A stretch of 64,000 nucleotides of DNA from Methyloglobulus sp. (GTDB taxonomy: Bacteria > Pseudomonadota > Gammaproteobacteria > Methylococcales > Methylomonadaceae): assembly GCA_965247625.1 (NCBI GenBank), contig CBDFHL010000006.1, positions 34,755-98,754 on the forward strand, written 5' to 3'. Every line of letters starts with the position of its first letter. The first letter of the stretch is position 1. The notes beneath the pieces were generated by a model, which saw only the letters and a program-made list of their open reading frames with translations, made no database searches and was not told the origin of the DNA. Below, piece after piece: positions 45,939 through 55,833 of the stretch. The position numbers and the translations under genes were made by a program.

Positions 45939-47069
45939 TCAGTGATGCTCAGCGGCAGGTTCAGGTTTGGTTTCAGGTGATTTTTCACTTTCTGGCTTAG
46001 GTTCTGCTTCAGCATCAGAATTAGCGGATCCAGTAGCCGGTTTTTCCGGTTCGTGCGTTGCCGCTTGATCTTTTGATTCTGCCTCTGGTTTAGGTCCGGC
46101 TTCGGTATTGGCGGGGTCAACGGCAGATTTCTCTGCTCCGTGATCTGTCGTCGCTTTCTCATCGCCTTCTGGATGTGGTTCAGCAGTTTTTTCTGTCTCC
46201 GTTGCTGCAGCTCCCTCCGTACCGCCATGTTCCGCCGGCTCAGTTTTGGGTTTTTCTTTGGCTGATTTGTCTTTAGGCGCCGCTTTATTACCCACCTCTT
46301 CTAACAGTTGTAGCTCGGTCTTTCTATTCATGACGATAATCGAGATCCGCCGGTTTACCGGATCAAGGGGGTCTTTTTTATTTAATGGGATACTGTCCGC
46401 CAAGCCGGATACCCTGAGCACCTTTTTTTCATCATAGCCGCCGCCTTTTAATTCAAAGCGTGCGGCATTGGCGCGTTGGCTGGATAACTCCCAATTAGTG
46501 TACTCCTTGCTTATATCCGGAAAGGGTTTGGAGTCGGTATGGCCGTTGATGGTAATTTTGTTGGGCAGTTTATTGATGACTGGCGCCAGTGCCCGTAAAA
46601 TCGTGCGGATCTGGGGTTCGGTTTTGGCACTTCCTAACTTGAACATAGGGGTTTTTTTGTCATCGACAATTTGGACGCGTAAGCCTTCCGGCGTCGTGAT
46701 AAGTTGGATTTGATCCTTGAGCTCCCCCAAGTTTTTATCTTCCTTGATCATTTTTTCAATTTTTATTTTTAAAGAATCGAGTTGTTTCTTATCTTCTTGT
46801 TCGGCTTGTTTATCCAGCTCGGTCGGGTCGATTTCATCTAGCGTTGGCACTTTACCTTTATCGATTTTTGAGGCTTCGTAAGGATCCTGGAAATATTCGG
46901 AAATACCTTTTTTAGTGGCTTCGTCCGTTGATCCCAGCAGCCACATCAACAAGAAAAATGCCATCATCGCCGTCACAAAATCGGCATATGCCAATTTCCA
47001 GGCACCACCGTGGTGACCATGACCTTTCTTTTTGATTACTTTTTTAACGACTATCGGTGGCTCAGCCAT
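45939..47069 (-). CDS. motB: Flagellar stator protein MotB with a long low-complexity C-terminal tail
   Basis: AYADFVTAMMAFFLLMWLL plug/TM region. OmpA-like region ..NGHTDSKPF..NWELSSQRANAAR... Then ~125 aa rich in E/K/P/A/T. Confidence 0.93.
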   Translation of the reverse strand: MAEPPIVVKKVIKKKGHGHHGGAWKLAYADFVTAMMAFFLLMWLLGSTDEATKKGISEYFQDPYEASKIDKGKVPTLDEIDPTELDKQAEQEDKKQLDSLKIKIEKMIKEDKNLGELKDQIQLITTPEGLRVQIVDDKKTPMFKLGSAKTEPQIRTILRALAPVINKLPNKITINGHTDSKPFPDISKEYTNWELSSQRANAARFELKGGGYDEKKVLRVSGLADSIPLNKKDPLDPVNRRISIIVMNRKTELQLLEEVGNKAAPKDKSAKEKPKTEPAEHGGTEGAAATETEKTAEPHPEGDEKATTDHGAEKSAVDPANTEAGPKPEAESKDQAATHEPEKPATGSANSDAEAEPKPESEKSPETKPEPAAEHH

Positions 47070-47072
47070 TGT

Positions 47073-47927
47073 TTAACCTTTGTTTTTAGCGGCTTTCAGT
47101 TGTTCATCCAATTCGGCAAAACTGGGGCGCATATTTGATGGGATCATTGCCCGCATATATTCTGCTGTCATCGTCGGTGAAACCGCCTTGGCGCAGCATA
47201 GCAAGCCTTTTTGGGCGCATTTATAGGCATTGCCATAGGCTTCCAAGCGTTCCTCCATGACATTCGCTACCGGCGAAATAAAACCATAGGCCAGTAATAT
47301 ACCCAAAAATGTTCCCACCAATGCCGCCGCAATTAATTTACCTAATTCAGCAGGGGGTAAGCTGACCGACTCCATGGTGTGAACTACCCCCAATACCGCC
47401 GCGACAATGCCGAACGCTGGCATTCCATCGGCCAGGCCTTTGACGGCCTTAATCGGCCCATGGCCTTCTTCATGATGGGTTTCTATAGCTTGGTCCATCA
47501 GCTCTTCCAGCGCCGTCGCCTCAATGCCTGTCACCATTAAGCGGAGGTTGTCACGGATAAAGTCAAGTAAGTGGTGGTCTTTGGTGATAGCCGGGGTAAA
47601 AATAGTTTCGATTTCAGGGCCATCAATAACATCTTCTAGGGAGAGTAAGCCTTCTTTTCGAATTTTGCTGGACAGCGCGTTAAAAGATAGTAATAGGTCG
47701 AGATAAAACGCTTTGTTGACCTTGGCGCCTTTTAATGTGCCTGTTCCTTGGGCAAGAGAAGCTTTGATGACGGGCATCGAGTTGCCGCAGACAAAGGCAC
47801 CAATCGCTGCCCCAATTATTATGACAAATTCAAAGGGCTGGAAAAGTACGCCAGCATGACCGCCGCCGCCTAAAAAACCCCCCATAATTGCCCCAACAAT
47901 TAATACATAGCCGACAATAACTAACAT
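47073..47927 (-). CDS. motA: Flagellar stator protein MotA
   Basis: 284 aa with 4 TM helices in the MotA/TolQ/ExbB pattern. It lies 3 nt upstream of motB and has a GAGGAA SD sequence. Confidence 0.93.
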   Translation of the reverse strand: MLVIVGYVLIVGAIMGGFLGGGGHAGVLFQPFEFVIIIGAAIGAFVCGNSMPVIKASLAQGTGTLKGAKVNKAFYLDLLLSFNALSSKIRKEGLLSLEDVIDGPEIETIFTPAITKDHHLLDFIRDNLRLMVTGIEATALEELMDQAIETHHEEGHGPIKAVKGLADGMPAFGIVAAVLGVVHTMESVSLPPAELGKLIAAALVGTFLGILLAYGFISPVANVMEERLEAYGNAYKCAQKGLLCCAKAVSPTMTAEYMRAMIPSNMRPSFAELDEQLKAAKNKG

Positions 47928-48138
47928 AGCTTCCTCAAAAAAACGTCGATTGGATACTGCACCTAGGCCGCTAGGGCGGTGATCATAAATATATGAACAC
48001 GATAGCGTAAATATAGTTGGTTAATAAAAATTTTCCTTTTGATATGTAATTCACATAATTTTTTTATTCAATTATTTGAAATCAGTGTGTAAATTTTGAT
48101 GTCTTTAGGAAAATTCTTATACAGAGCCTATATTTAAT

Positions 48139-48165
48139 TAAAGTTTTTCGCCGCACTGTCGATAA
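48139..48165 (+). promoter_or_regulatory. Sigma-28 (FliA)-type promoter of flgM
   Basis: TAAAGTTT (48139-48146), N11, GTCGATAA (48158-48165), against the consensus TAAAGTTT-N11-GCCGATAA. It lies 34 nt upstream of the flgM ATG. Confidence 0.75.
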
Positions 48166-48198
48166 CAGTTACAATAAAATTGATTTTTGGAGATTGAA

Positions 48199-48519
48199 AT
48201 GGCTATCGATGGCATAACGGGCAGAATGCGTGCACCGGTCACTAGCAACACCGGCCAAAAGGTTGAGATTGATAGTGGCAACAAAGCGACCACAAAGCAA
48301 GCTGAAAAAACGGACAGCATTGCAATTACGGCTGCGGCGCAAGAAATAAAAAAAACCTTGGAATCATCCTCTTCTGCTACGATTATTGATGTAGAACGAG
48401 TCACTGCTGTAAAAAAAGCACTTGCTGAGGGTAGTTATCAGGTTAATGCAGAAAAAATTGCAGAAAAAATGATGCAACATGAAAAATTAATGTTTGAGTC
48501 TGACAAATTGAAAAAATGA
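48199..48519 (+). CDS. flgM: Anti-sigma-28 factor FlgM
   Basis: C-terminal ..IDVERVTAVKKALAEGSYQVNAEKIAEKMM.. matches the FlgM signature. The track start 48187 is TTG; ATG at 48199 has GGAG 6 nt upstream. Confidence 0.88.
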   Translation: MAIDGITGRMRAPVTSNTGQKVEIDSGNKATTKQAEKTDSIAITAAAQEIKKTLESSSSATIIDVERVTAVKKALAEGSYQVNAEKIAEKMMQHEKLMFESDKLKK

Positions 48520-49013
48520 TGGAAAATACCTGGGTATTTGCAGAAAAATTAATCCTCGACATCTTGTTTCTGACGGAACAACTTAGTCAACAGCTTACTC
48601 AGGAAGCCGACATACTAAAATCTGCCCCTACGGCGGAATCTCTTGATGGCAGTACTGCTAATAAAAAGCAATTGGTCAGCCGGCTTGAAGAACGTAACCA
48701 GCAATTCAGCCAGATTTTAGCGGTCGAAAAACTACCTAATAATCAGGTGGGCATGAATGAATATTTTCAGCGCGCCGCTTTGGCTGGGCTATCAACCACT
48801 GAAACGGTTAATAATTGGCAGAAAATTCAGCTTATTTGCACCGAGTGTAAGTTTTTAAACGAACAAAACGGCGCAAGCATCGAGTTGTTAAGCCTGCATG
48901 CTAAACGGTCGTTGGACATTCTAAAAGGCAAGAAAAGCGGCGCCAACGTTTATGGGCGGGATGGTGTCTCCCAAAGCGAAACGTTAGCCAATACCCTGAC
49001 ATTTTATTTATAG
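48516..49013 (+). CDS. flgN: Flagellar chaperone FlgN
   Basis: ATGA overlap with flgM. Helical, ~165 aa, with a FlgN-like N-terminus (..LTEQLSQQLTQEADILK..). Confidence 0.8.
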   Translation: MMENTWVFAEKLILDILFLTEQLSQQLTQEADILKSAPTAESLDGSTANKKQLVSRLEERNQQFSQILAVEKLPNNQVGMNEYFQRAALAGLSTTETVNNWQKIQLICTECKFLNEQNGASIELLSLHAKRSLDILKGKKSGANVYGRDGVSQSETLANTLTFYL

Positions 49014-49134
49014 GCTGTCCTGGGCCAAGCTTTCGCCGTAAAATTCTTTGCGGCACTCCCAAGAAAATACTATGTGCTAATATTAAAGTCTATTAGACAC
49101 TTTATTGGCAATAAACATTCGGTTGTCCTTATTT

Positions 49135-49881
49135 ATGGAATCTCAATCAGACTTTTTAATTAGCACCCCAGAAAAGATAATCAGTAAATTATCCATTTTA
49201 CTGAAAAATAAAAATTTGCTGACGGCGAGCTTTGGTGACAGAGGCCAAAAATTTGTGTCTACCATCCTTGAAATTAATAAAAAAGATAATGTTTTTATCT
49301 GTGACGGATGCGATGAAGAGCTGCTTGATAATGCGCTTAATAGCTCAAGGATATTGTTCAAAACGGAGCATATGGGCGCGCTGGTGACATTCGATTCAGG
49401 CAAACTAGCAAAAACCCAATATCAAGGCGTTTTGGCATTCTCAGTGCCTATCCCTTCATCAATGCGGTGGCTTGAGCAAAGGGAGTTCTATCGGATGCGT
49501 GTGCCGGTGCCAACAACGAGCTGTTGCCAGTTAGCCTTAAATGGCCATGGGGAAATTAGCTTAAAATTATATGATATTAGCCTTCGTGGGTTTTCTATTA
49601 TCAACGCTTCGGAAGATATTTCAGAGTTATTGGTGACGGGTGGCCAATTTGAAAAATGTAAACTCATTTTTGAAGATAAACAAGAAGTGATGATGTCTTT
49701 TGAGATACGGAGCAAATTTTTAGTGAATGCCAATAATCTCAATAAAATGGAAAGGATAGGCTGTAAATTTATGCAAATAACCCCAGCTTTCGAAAATACC
49801 ATACATAGTTATATGCTACAAATTGAGCGGGAGCTGCTTAAAAAGCGGGCTGAAAACGTCGAGTTTGCTAACTATAAATAA
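49135..49881 (+). CDS. PilZ-domain c-di-GMP receptor (YcgR/FlgZ-like flagellar brake)
   Basis: PilZ RxxxR motif (QREFYRMR) followed by a D/NxSxxG motif (DISLRGFS), preceded by a YcgR-N-like domain. Its position after flgM-flgN matches Pseudomonas flgZ. The start is uncertain (ATG 49135 preferred over track TTG 49105; neither has a good SD sequence). Confidence 0.8.
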   Translation: MESQSDFLISTPEKIISKLSILLKNKNLLTASFGDRGQKFVSTILEINKKDNVFICDGCDEELLDNALNSSRILFKTEHMGALVTFDSGKLAKTQYQGVLAFSVPIPSSMRWLEQREFYRMRVPVPTTSCCQLALNGHGEISLKLYDISLRGFSIINASEDISELLVTGGQFEKCKLIFEDKQEVMMSFEIRSKFLVNANNLNKMERIGCKFMQITPAFENTIHSYMLQIERELLKKRAENVEFANYK

Positions 49882-49924
49882 CAGTAGGTTTTTTCAATCA
49901 GATTGGGCTTATTAAGCAACGGGT

Positions 49925-50386
49925 TTAAACATTCTTCATATTGTTGGCGTTATTTCTGCCCAAACGGGATGCACGTTCATCTTGCTCTAGCTGTTCGGAT
50001 TTACTTTCCTGTTTAAGTTCAGTTTTCAATGCGGCCTGATAAATCTTTTTCAGGCTTTTGGTGCGGTGGTGCATGCTTTCCCAGATTTTCCGTTTGGTAG
50101 CTAATTCGGCTTTGCTCTGGTCAAGGGACTGTTCTTGCCCTGCGATGGCTTTATCCAGCTTGTCCATAAATGACCGGAATTCAAGCAACTGGCCGACATT
50201 GGCGCCGGCGTTGCCAAGGCGATTAAACTTATCCTGATAGTCTTGCCGGTATTTTTTTAGGTTGTCGACTTGCGCCTGCATGGCCATCAGCTTCCTTTGG
50301 GATGCGCCCAATGCTTCCAGGCTGTCCTGTTCTTGCGCCGCTTTAAGGTCGACTATTGTTTTAATGCGTTGTGATTTTTTGGTCAT
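49925..50386 (-). CDS. fliJ: Flagellar export protein FliJ
   Basis: 153-aa coiled coil immediately after fliI (4-nt overlap). Confidence 0.88.
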   Translation of the reverse strand: MTKKSQRIKTIVDLKAAQEQDSLEALGASQRKLMAMQAQVDNLKKYRQDYQDKFNRLGNAGANVGQLLEFRSFMDKLDKAIAGQEQSLDQSKAELATKRKIWESMHHRTKSLKKIYQAALKTELKQESKSEQLEQDERASRLGRNNANNMKNV

Positions 50387-51750
50387 GGGTTAATAGCCGT
50401 GTTATGCGTACCCAGTAACTGCCTTAGCTCGTCCAGGCTGCGGTTTATATTGACCGGTTCATTCATGCTTTGTTGAAGGAATTCGACAATCGCCGGGTGT
50501 TTTTCAATAGCTTGGTCAATCCGGCGGTCAGAACCGGGTTGGTAAGCCCCGACACTGATTAAGTCTCGATTTTGTTGATAAAGCGAATAAATCCGCCTGA
50601 CATCCCGTGCCATCTGTAAATGTTCGTTATCGACAATATCTGACATTACACGGCTTACTGAAGCTTCGATGTCGATAGCTGGGAAATGGCCTGATTCCGC
50701 CAGGCTTCTTGATAAGACAATGTGGCCATCCAACACGCCCCGTGCAGCATCTGCAATGGGGTCATTCGTATCATCACCTTCCGCTAATACGGTATAAAAA
50801 GCAGTAATCGACCCGCCACCGACATCAGCATTGCCAGCACGTTCAACCAGATGCGGCAGTTTAGCAAATACCGAGGGCGGATAGCCTTTGGTGGCGGGTG
50901 GCTCATCGATAGCTAAGGCAATTTCTCGGTGTGCCTGGGCAAAGCGGGTCAATGAATCCATCAACAACAACACATCAAGCCCCTGATCACGGAAATATTC
51001 GGCAATACTGGTCGCAAGCAGTGCGCCATGTACCCGCATCAAGGGTGGGCAATCGGCTGGTGTAGCGACGACAACTGCGCGTTTAAGCCCTTCTTCACCC
51101 AGTATTTTTAATACAAATTCATTGACTTCCCGTCCCCTTTCGCCAATCAACCCCACAACAACCACGTCGGCGGTCGTAAATTTGGTCATCATGCCAAGCA
51201 ATATACTCTTACCGACACCAGTACCGGCGAATAGCCCCATACGTTGGCCGCGGCCGACGCAGAGAAGGGAATTAATAGCCCGGACGCCAACATCCAATGG
51301 CTCCCGTATCGGTTTTCTGGATAATGGGTTAATCGGCGTACCATTCAGCGATATCTGGGAATCGGTTTTCAGTGGGCCTTTATCATCTAACGGGTTACCT
51401 GAGCCATCAAGTACCCGGCCTAAAAGGCCAAACCCTACTCTTGCCAAACTGTTTTTGCCGAGTGGGATTACTTTGCAATCGGGCTCAAGACCATGCAATT
51501 CACCGGCAGGCATTAGAAATACGCGTGTCCCGGCAAAGCCAACGACTTCGGCCTCGATTGTTGCGCCGGATTTTGTCTCAATACGGCAACGGGAACCTAT
51601 GGCTGCCCGGCAACCGACAGCTTCTAACGTCAGGCCAACCATACGCGAAAGTTTGCCTTCAACAATAAGCTCGGGTGTCCCGGTTAATTTTTTTGAGTAT
51701 GCCTTTAATTGCCCTGCCCAAATGTGGGAGCGGTCTGTTTTCGGAATCAT
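50383..51750 (-). CDS. fliI: Flagellum-specific ATPase FliI
   Basis: Walker A motif GTGVGKS, Walker B motif LLLMDSLTR, F1-ATPase beta-like fold pattern. Confidence 0.97.
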   Translation of the reverse strand: MIPKTDRSHIWAGQLKAYSKKLTGTPELIVEGKLSRMVGLTLEAVGCRAAIGSRCRIETKSGATIEAEVVGFAGTRVFLMPAGELHGLEPDCKVIPLGKNSLARVGFGLLGRVLDGSGNPLDDKGPLKTDSQISLNGTPINPLSRKPIREPLDVGVRAINSLLCVGRGQRMGLFAGTGVGKSILLGMMTKFTTADVVVVGLIGERGREVNEFVLKILGEEGLKRAVVVATPADCPPLMRVHGALLATSIAEYFRDQGLDVLLLMDSLTRFAQAHREIALAIDEPPATKGYPPSVFAKLPHLVERAGNADVGGGSITAFYTVLAEGDDTNDPIADAARGVLDGHIVLSRSLAESGHFPAIDIEASVSRVMSDIVDNEHLQMARDVRRIYSLYQQNRDLISVGAYQPGSDRRIDQAIEKHPAIVEFLQQSMNEPVNINRSLDELRQLLGTHNTAINP

Positions 51751-52454
51751 TAGCTTCTATCCCGATCCCGCTCACTACCAAAGACATTTGCGATAGCCGC
51801 CGCTAACCTATTTTCTATGGTGGCATCGACATGGGAGACATCGGTATCTATTTTGCACCCACCTCGTGTGATAAGTGGGTCCTCAACAATTGACCAGGTT
51901 GAAGAGGCTTCATCAAGTGCCAACACCGAACGGACCAATTCGGCATCTTCCGGGTGTAAATATAAACTGATTTTCTGCGAAGATAGCGGCAGGACTTTGA
52001 TGGCTTCCCTAACCGCCGCAATAACTTGGCCGGTATCCATTTTAATTTCCCGGCGAATGATTTGTGCGACCAAAACTGTTGAAAGTTTGACTAACTCATT
52101 TTCAACTTCTTCATCCAGGGTTTTAAATGGTTCGCTCAAGGCTTCCATTAGGCGCGTGAATTCTTCAGCTTTTTTATTTAGCAGCTCAGTGTTTTCTTCA
52201 TAACTTTGTTTCTTTCCCGCTTCATAACCGTGGTCATAGCCTTGTTGAAAGCCGTCCGCTTTGCCTTGGGTAAAGGCTTCATCATAAGCCTGTTTTTGCA
52301 TGGCCTCGATTTCGGTGACCGTTAAATGTGGTGCCGCCTTGGATTGATCCGTTTTCTCGCCGTATTGGGTTTTTCCAGCAATATCCGGTAACCGCCACAC
52401 ACTTAGCGTTTCGAGTTCGGAAGTTGTGAAGTCAGAATTTTTAGATGAGTTCAT
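51750..52454 (-). CDS. fliH: Flagellar assembly protein FliH
   Basis: Position between fliG and fliI. FliH-like central and C-terminal region (..LVKLSTVLVAQIIRREIK..). The track start 52469 is GTG; ATG at 52454 is preferred. Confidence 0.88.
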   Translation of the reverse strand: MNSSKNSDFTTSELETLSVWRLPDIAGKTQYGEKTDQSKAAPHLTVTEIEAMQKQAYDEAFTQGKADGFQQGYDHGYEAGKKQSYEENTELLNKKAEEFTRLMEALSEPFKTLDEEVENELVKLSTVLVAQIIRREIKMDTGQVIAAVREAIKVLPLSSQKISLYLHPEDAELVRSVLALDEASSTWSIVEDPLITRGGCKIDTDVSHVDATIENRLAAAIANVFGSERDRDRS

Positions 52455-53442
52455 CGCCACCTTCACCACCGAGTTGGATTTGGCCGGATTCCATTAATTG
52501 CTTCACTGAATTCAATATTTCTTTTTGTGCACTTTCTACATCGCTCAATTTTGCTGGCGGCGAAGCTTCTAAATCATCCCGGAGTATTTCTGCCGCCCGT
52601 TTAGACATATTGCTGTATATTTTTTCTTTGAGGTCGTCACTCGCCCCGCGTAAGGCCAGCAGTAACCTATCGGTTTGGACATCGCGCAGTACCGTTTGCA
52701 TGTCAGGCGCCGTCAGGCCAGTAAGGTCTTCGAACACAAACATCTTGTCTTGAATTTTTGAGGCCAAATCGTTATCGTTCTCGGAAATCTTTTTCAAGAC
52801 AAAATTACTGGCGCCACTATCCATAAAGTTCAAGATGCTGGCGGCCGCTTCGACCCCACCCAGCGCAGTCGCTTTAACCGCAACACTGCCGCTTAATTGT
52901 TTTTCCATGATGCCATCCAGTTCGCGCAAAGCGCCCGGTTGGACACCTTGCATGGTTGCAATCCTCAATAACAAGTCAGAGCGATGATTTTCAGGTAACC
53001 GTGCCAGTACTTCAGCGGCCTTATCATTACCAAGCATAGATAAAATAATCGCACCAATTTGCGGATGTTCCAAACGTACTATGTCAGAAACCGACTTGGC
53101 ATCCATATATTTTAGTTGGTCGATCCCTTTACCTTCAGCGCTCATGAAAATTCGTTCAATGATGCCGATAGCTTTTTCTTCACCAAGTGCTTGCACTAAC
53201 ACCGAGCGGATATAACCATCTGACTCAATGCCCAATGAGGATTGGTGTTTTACTGCGGGGATGATTTCTTCCAGTACGCTGTCAATCATGTCGGGGGAAA
53301 TATCACTTAAGCGAGCCATAGCATAACCAATGGACTGTACTTCTTTGGAGTCCATATGTTTTAGTACGGAGGCCGCCCTTGTTTCGCCTAAGGCGAACAA
53401 CAAAACGGCGGCACGCTCGGTGGAACTCATTTCTTTAGCCAT
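52441..53442 (-). CDS. fliG: Flagellar motor switch protein FliG
   Basis: STERAAVLLFALGETRAASVLKHMDSKEVQSIG and the C-terminal ..SKRAAEILRDDLE... Confidence 0.96.
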   Translation of the reverse strand: MAKEMSSTERAAVLLFALGETRAASVLKHMDSKEVQSIGYAMARLSDISPDMIDSVLEEIIPAVKHQSSLGIESDGYIRSVLVQALGEEKAIGIIERIFMSAEGKGIDQLKYMDAKSVSDIVRLEHPQIGAIILSMLGNDKAAEVLARLPENHRSDLLLRIATMQGVQPGALRELDGIMEKQLSGSVAVKATALGGVEAAASILNFMDSGASNFVLKKISENDNDLASKIQDKMFVFEDLTGLTAPDMQTVLRDVQTDRLLLALRGASDDLKEKIYSNMSKRAAEILRDDLEASPPAKLSDVESAQKEILNSVKQLMESGQIQLGGEGGDELI

Positions 53443-53444
53443 AT

Positions 53445-55211
53445 TTATCTAACCCACCTTTTCAGGATTTGCGCAACTAATTGCGGATCTTTATCAACCG
53501 TGTTTTGTAAAAATTCTAATCGCTTACCATAACTATGTGGCACATCAGCAAGTAATAAGTCATCTATATGATTAGGTAAAGCCGCTTGCCCTTCTTGTTG
53601 CGAGCCTAACGCTGCTAACGGGGTTTTACCGTCTTCCATAAGTTCACCGGTTGCTGCTGCCGTTGCTGCACTTGCTTCCGCCTCTGCTAAAGCAACAGCC
53701 TTTTTCGCTTCATTCAATCCGGACAAGTTACGCATCGTGGGGCGTAGCACCCCAAAAAGTATAAGCAATACCGCCAATAATCCCCCGACTTGTTTCATCA
53801 GGTTAAGAAACCAGGGTTTTTCCCATAAGGGGATTTCTGGTAATGCTTCCGGGGCTTCTGGTGCTTTGAAAGCAACATTAGTCACAGTGACTTGATCCCC
53901 CCGGGCATTGTCAAAACCTACCGCTTGTTTCACTAAATCAGTAAAGCGGGTAATGTCTTCCGGTTTATAAGGCTGGTTGGTTACTTTACCATCGGCCTGT
54001 ACGGTGCGTTGGTCGTCAACCACTACGGCAACTGACAGCCGGTGTAGTAATCCGGTTGCCGAACGGGTATGGGTAATGGTTTTATCCACTTCAAAATTGC
54101 GGGTAGCATTTTTCGCGCTTGAGCTGGGCGTGGTATCCGTTGCTGTCGCCATCCCAGAATTAGGCGCTGCCCCCGGCGCTGCAGCGGGTGTTTTTTCTGG
54201 AGCAGTCCCTGCAGCAGCGGGTTGATTTGATAATGCCCCAGGAACACCTTGAACGCCAGGTGATTTGTTGAGTTCTTCCGAGGTTTGTTCGCTTCTTAGT
54301 ACCGATGATTTTGGGTCAAACAGTTCTTGGGTTTTGTCAGTTTCGGTGAAATCGAGGTCAGCGGAAAGCTGGACACGCATGCCATCGCCGACCAATGGCG
54401 CTAAAATGTTTTCAATGCGTTCCATTAGGTGATCTTCAAAGTTTTTCTTGTATTCGAATTGTTTTGACGTCAAATTACTGACGGACGAGCCATCTCGACT
54501 GTTTAGCAGTTGGCCTTTTTGATCAACAACGGTTACCTGGTCCGCTTCAAGTTGCGGGACACTGGAAGCGACCAAATGAATAATCGATTCGATTTGGCCT
54601 TTGTCTAATGACCGCCCTTGGTATAAATTCACAATAACTGATGCACTTGGTTTTTTGCGTTCACGTACGAATACGGATTGTTGCGGAATAGCTAAGAGCA
54701 CCCGAGCGCCTTTAACACTTTGGATAGACATAATGGTTTGGGCGATTTCACCTTCCAGGGCGCGTTGGAAACGGACAGCCTCCATATTTTTACTGGCGCC
54801 AAAGCCTTGGTCTTTGCTTAATAATTCATAGCCAACACTGTTAGTCCTGGGTAAGCCTAAACCTGCCAATTTAAGCTTTACTTCATCAACATCTTCGGTC
54901 GGTACCATAATCGCCCCAGACCCATTTTCGACCTTGTATTTGATGCCTTGCGTATTAAGGACTTCAAGAATTTCGGACACATCTTTTTCACCGATTTCAG
55001 AATATAAGCGGCTGTAAGACGCTTCTTGCGACCAGAGTACAACGGCAATACCAATGGCAACGCTGAAAGCTAGTCCCAGCATGATGCCAATTTGCCTTGC
55101 GATAGACAGTTCAGCTAAACCTTTTACGGCGGGATGGGCATCACTCTTTGCCATTAAAGCGTGTTGTATGCCTTTTGTTTCAGCCATTTCGTTACCGGTT
55201 TGCTCACTCAT
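53445..55211 (-). CDS. fliF: Flagellar MS-ring protein FliF
   Basis: 588 aa with an N-terminal TM helix, YscJ/FliF ring-building motifs and a C-terminal TM helix. Confidence 0.96.
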   Translation of the reverse strand: MSEQTGNEMAETKGIQHALMAKSDAHPAVKGLAELSIARQIGIMLGLAFSVAIGIAVVLWSQEASYSRLYSEIGEKDVSEILEVLNTQGIKYKVENGSGAIMVPTEDVDEVKLKLAGLGLPRTNSVGYELLSKDQGFGASKNMEAVRFQRALEGEIAQTIMSIQSVKGARVLLAIPQQSVFVRERKKPSASVIVNLYQGRSLDKGQIESIIHLVASSVPQLEADQVTVVDQKGQLLNSRDGSSVSNLTSKQFEYKKNFEDHLMERIENILAPLVGDGMRVQLSADLDFTETDKTQELFDPKSSVLRSEQTSEELNKSPGVQGVPGALSNQPAAAGTAPEKTPAAAPGAAPNSGMATATDTTPSSSAKNATRNFEVDKTITHTRSATGLLHRLSVAVVVDDQRTVQADGKVTNQPYKPEDITRFTDLVKQAVGFDNARGDQVTVTNVAFKAPEAPEALPEIPLWEKPWFLNLMKQVGGLLAVLLILFGVLRPTMRNLSGLNEAKKAVALAEAEASAATAAATGELMEDGKTPLAALGSQQEGQAALPNHIDDLLLADVPHSYGKRLEFLQNTVDKDPQLVAQILKRWVR

Positions 55212-55246
55212 AATCTAATTAACAGTACCTGCCCCGTGATAGCCAA

Positions 55247-55561
55247 TTACATTGGCATGTTCATAACATCTTTATAGGCTTCAACGAGTTTATTCCTGAC
55301 TTGAAGTGCGGCCTGAAAAGAAACACTTGCTTTTTGCGACTCCACCATAACTTCCGCTAAACTGAAATTAGACGAGCCACTTTCAAAAGCTTCTACCATT
55401 TTTCCAGCCCTTTGCTGCGTATCATTAACCGAAGAGATCGATTGTTGCAGTAATGAAGAAAAATCGGTGCTTGCCCCCGTCTCCTGAACCGGGCGGCCTG
55501 CCGCTTGCAGAGACATAGTCCGCATCTGGCTTAAAATCTGGTTTACATTCATGTCACTCAT
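55247..55561 (-). CDS. fliE: Flagellar hook-basal body protein FliE
   Basis: C-terminal ..SLAEVMVESQKASVSFQAALQVRNKLVEAYKDVMNMPM. Confidence 0.93.
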   Translation of the reverse strand: MSDMNVNQILSQMRTMSLQAAGRPVQETGASTDFSSLLQQSISSVNDTQQRAGKMVEAFESGSSNFSLAEVMVESQKASVSFQAALQVRNKLVEAYKDVMNMPM

Positions 55562-55601
55562 GGGGTGCCTTGCCGATTATTCAAATTAATAATCATAAGT
55601 A

Positions 55602-55617
55602 AGCACAATCTATGCCA
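55602..55617 (-). promoter_or_regulatory. Sigma-54 (-24/-12) promoter candidate for fliE operon
   Basis: The - strand reads TGGCAT-AGATT-GTGCT, against the consensus TGGCAC-N5-TTGCW, with correct GG-to-GC spacing. The GC lies ~41 nt upstream of the fliE ATG, and fleQ is immediately upstream. Confidence 0.6.
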
Positions 55618-55833
55618 TTTATAAGTATGTAGATATAGCCGCGAATTCACTAAGCTTAATGGGCTAGCACTAGGTTTTTGTAGTAATTAACTATTGATGT
55701 ATGTCAAAAAAATGACGCCCACAGCGATTTTTGATTAACAGCTGGCTAAAATATATTCTTATTAGCCATGAAAATGGCTGTCATTAATTTAGCCTGGGAT
55801 TATTTATGCAGGGACATAAAGTACGGCTAAAAG

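Noticed and set aside
45917-46228. 103-aa - strand ORF overlapping the 3' end of motB in another frame.
   Set aside because: It is an alternative frame of the low-complexity MotB tail (a repetitive K/Q/R/N product). motB itself reads through this region in frame from a canonical N-terminus.
51122-51796. 224-aa + strand ORF inside fliI; similar cases lie inside fliH (51817-52203), fleQ (56807-57217), fliK (58744-59148) and chrA (9036-9299).
   Set aside because: Each is fully nested opposite or out of frame within a confidently identified gene, and has low-complexity or biased composition.
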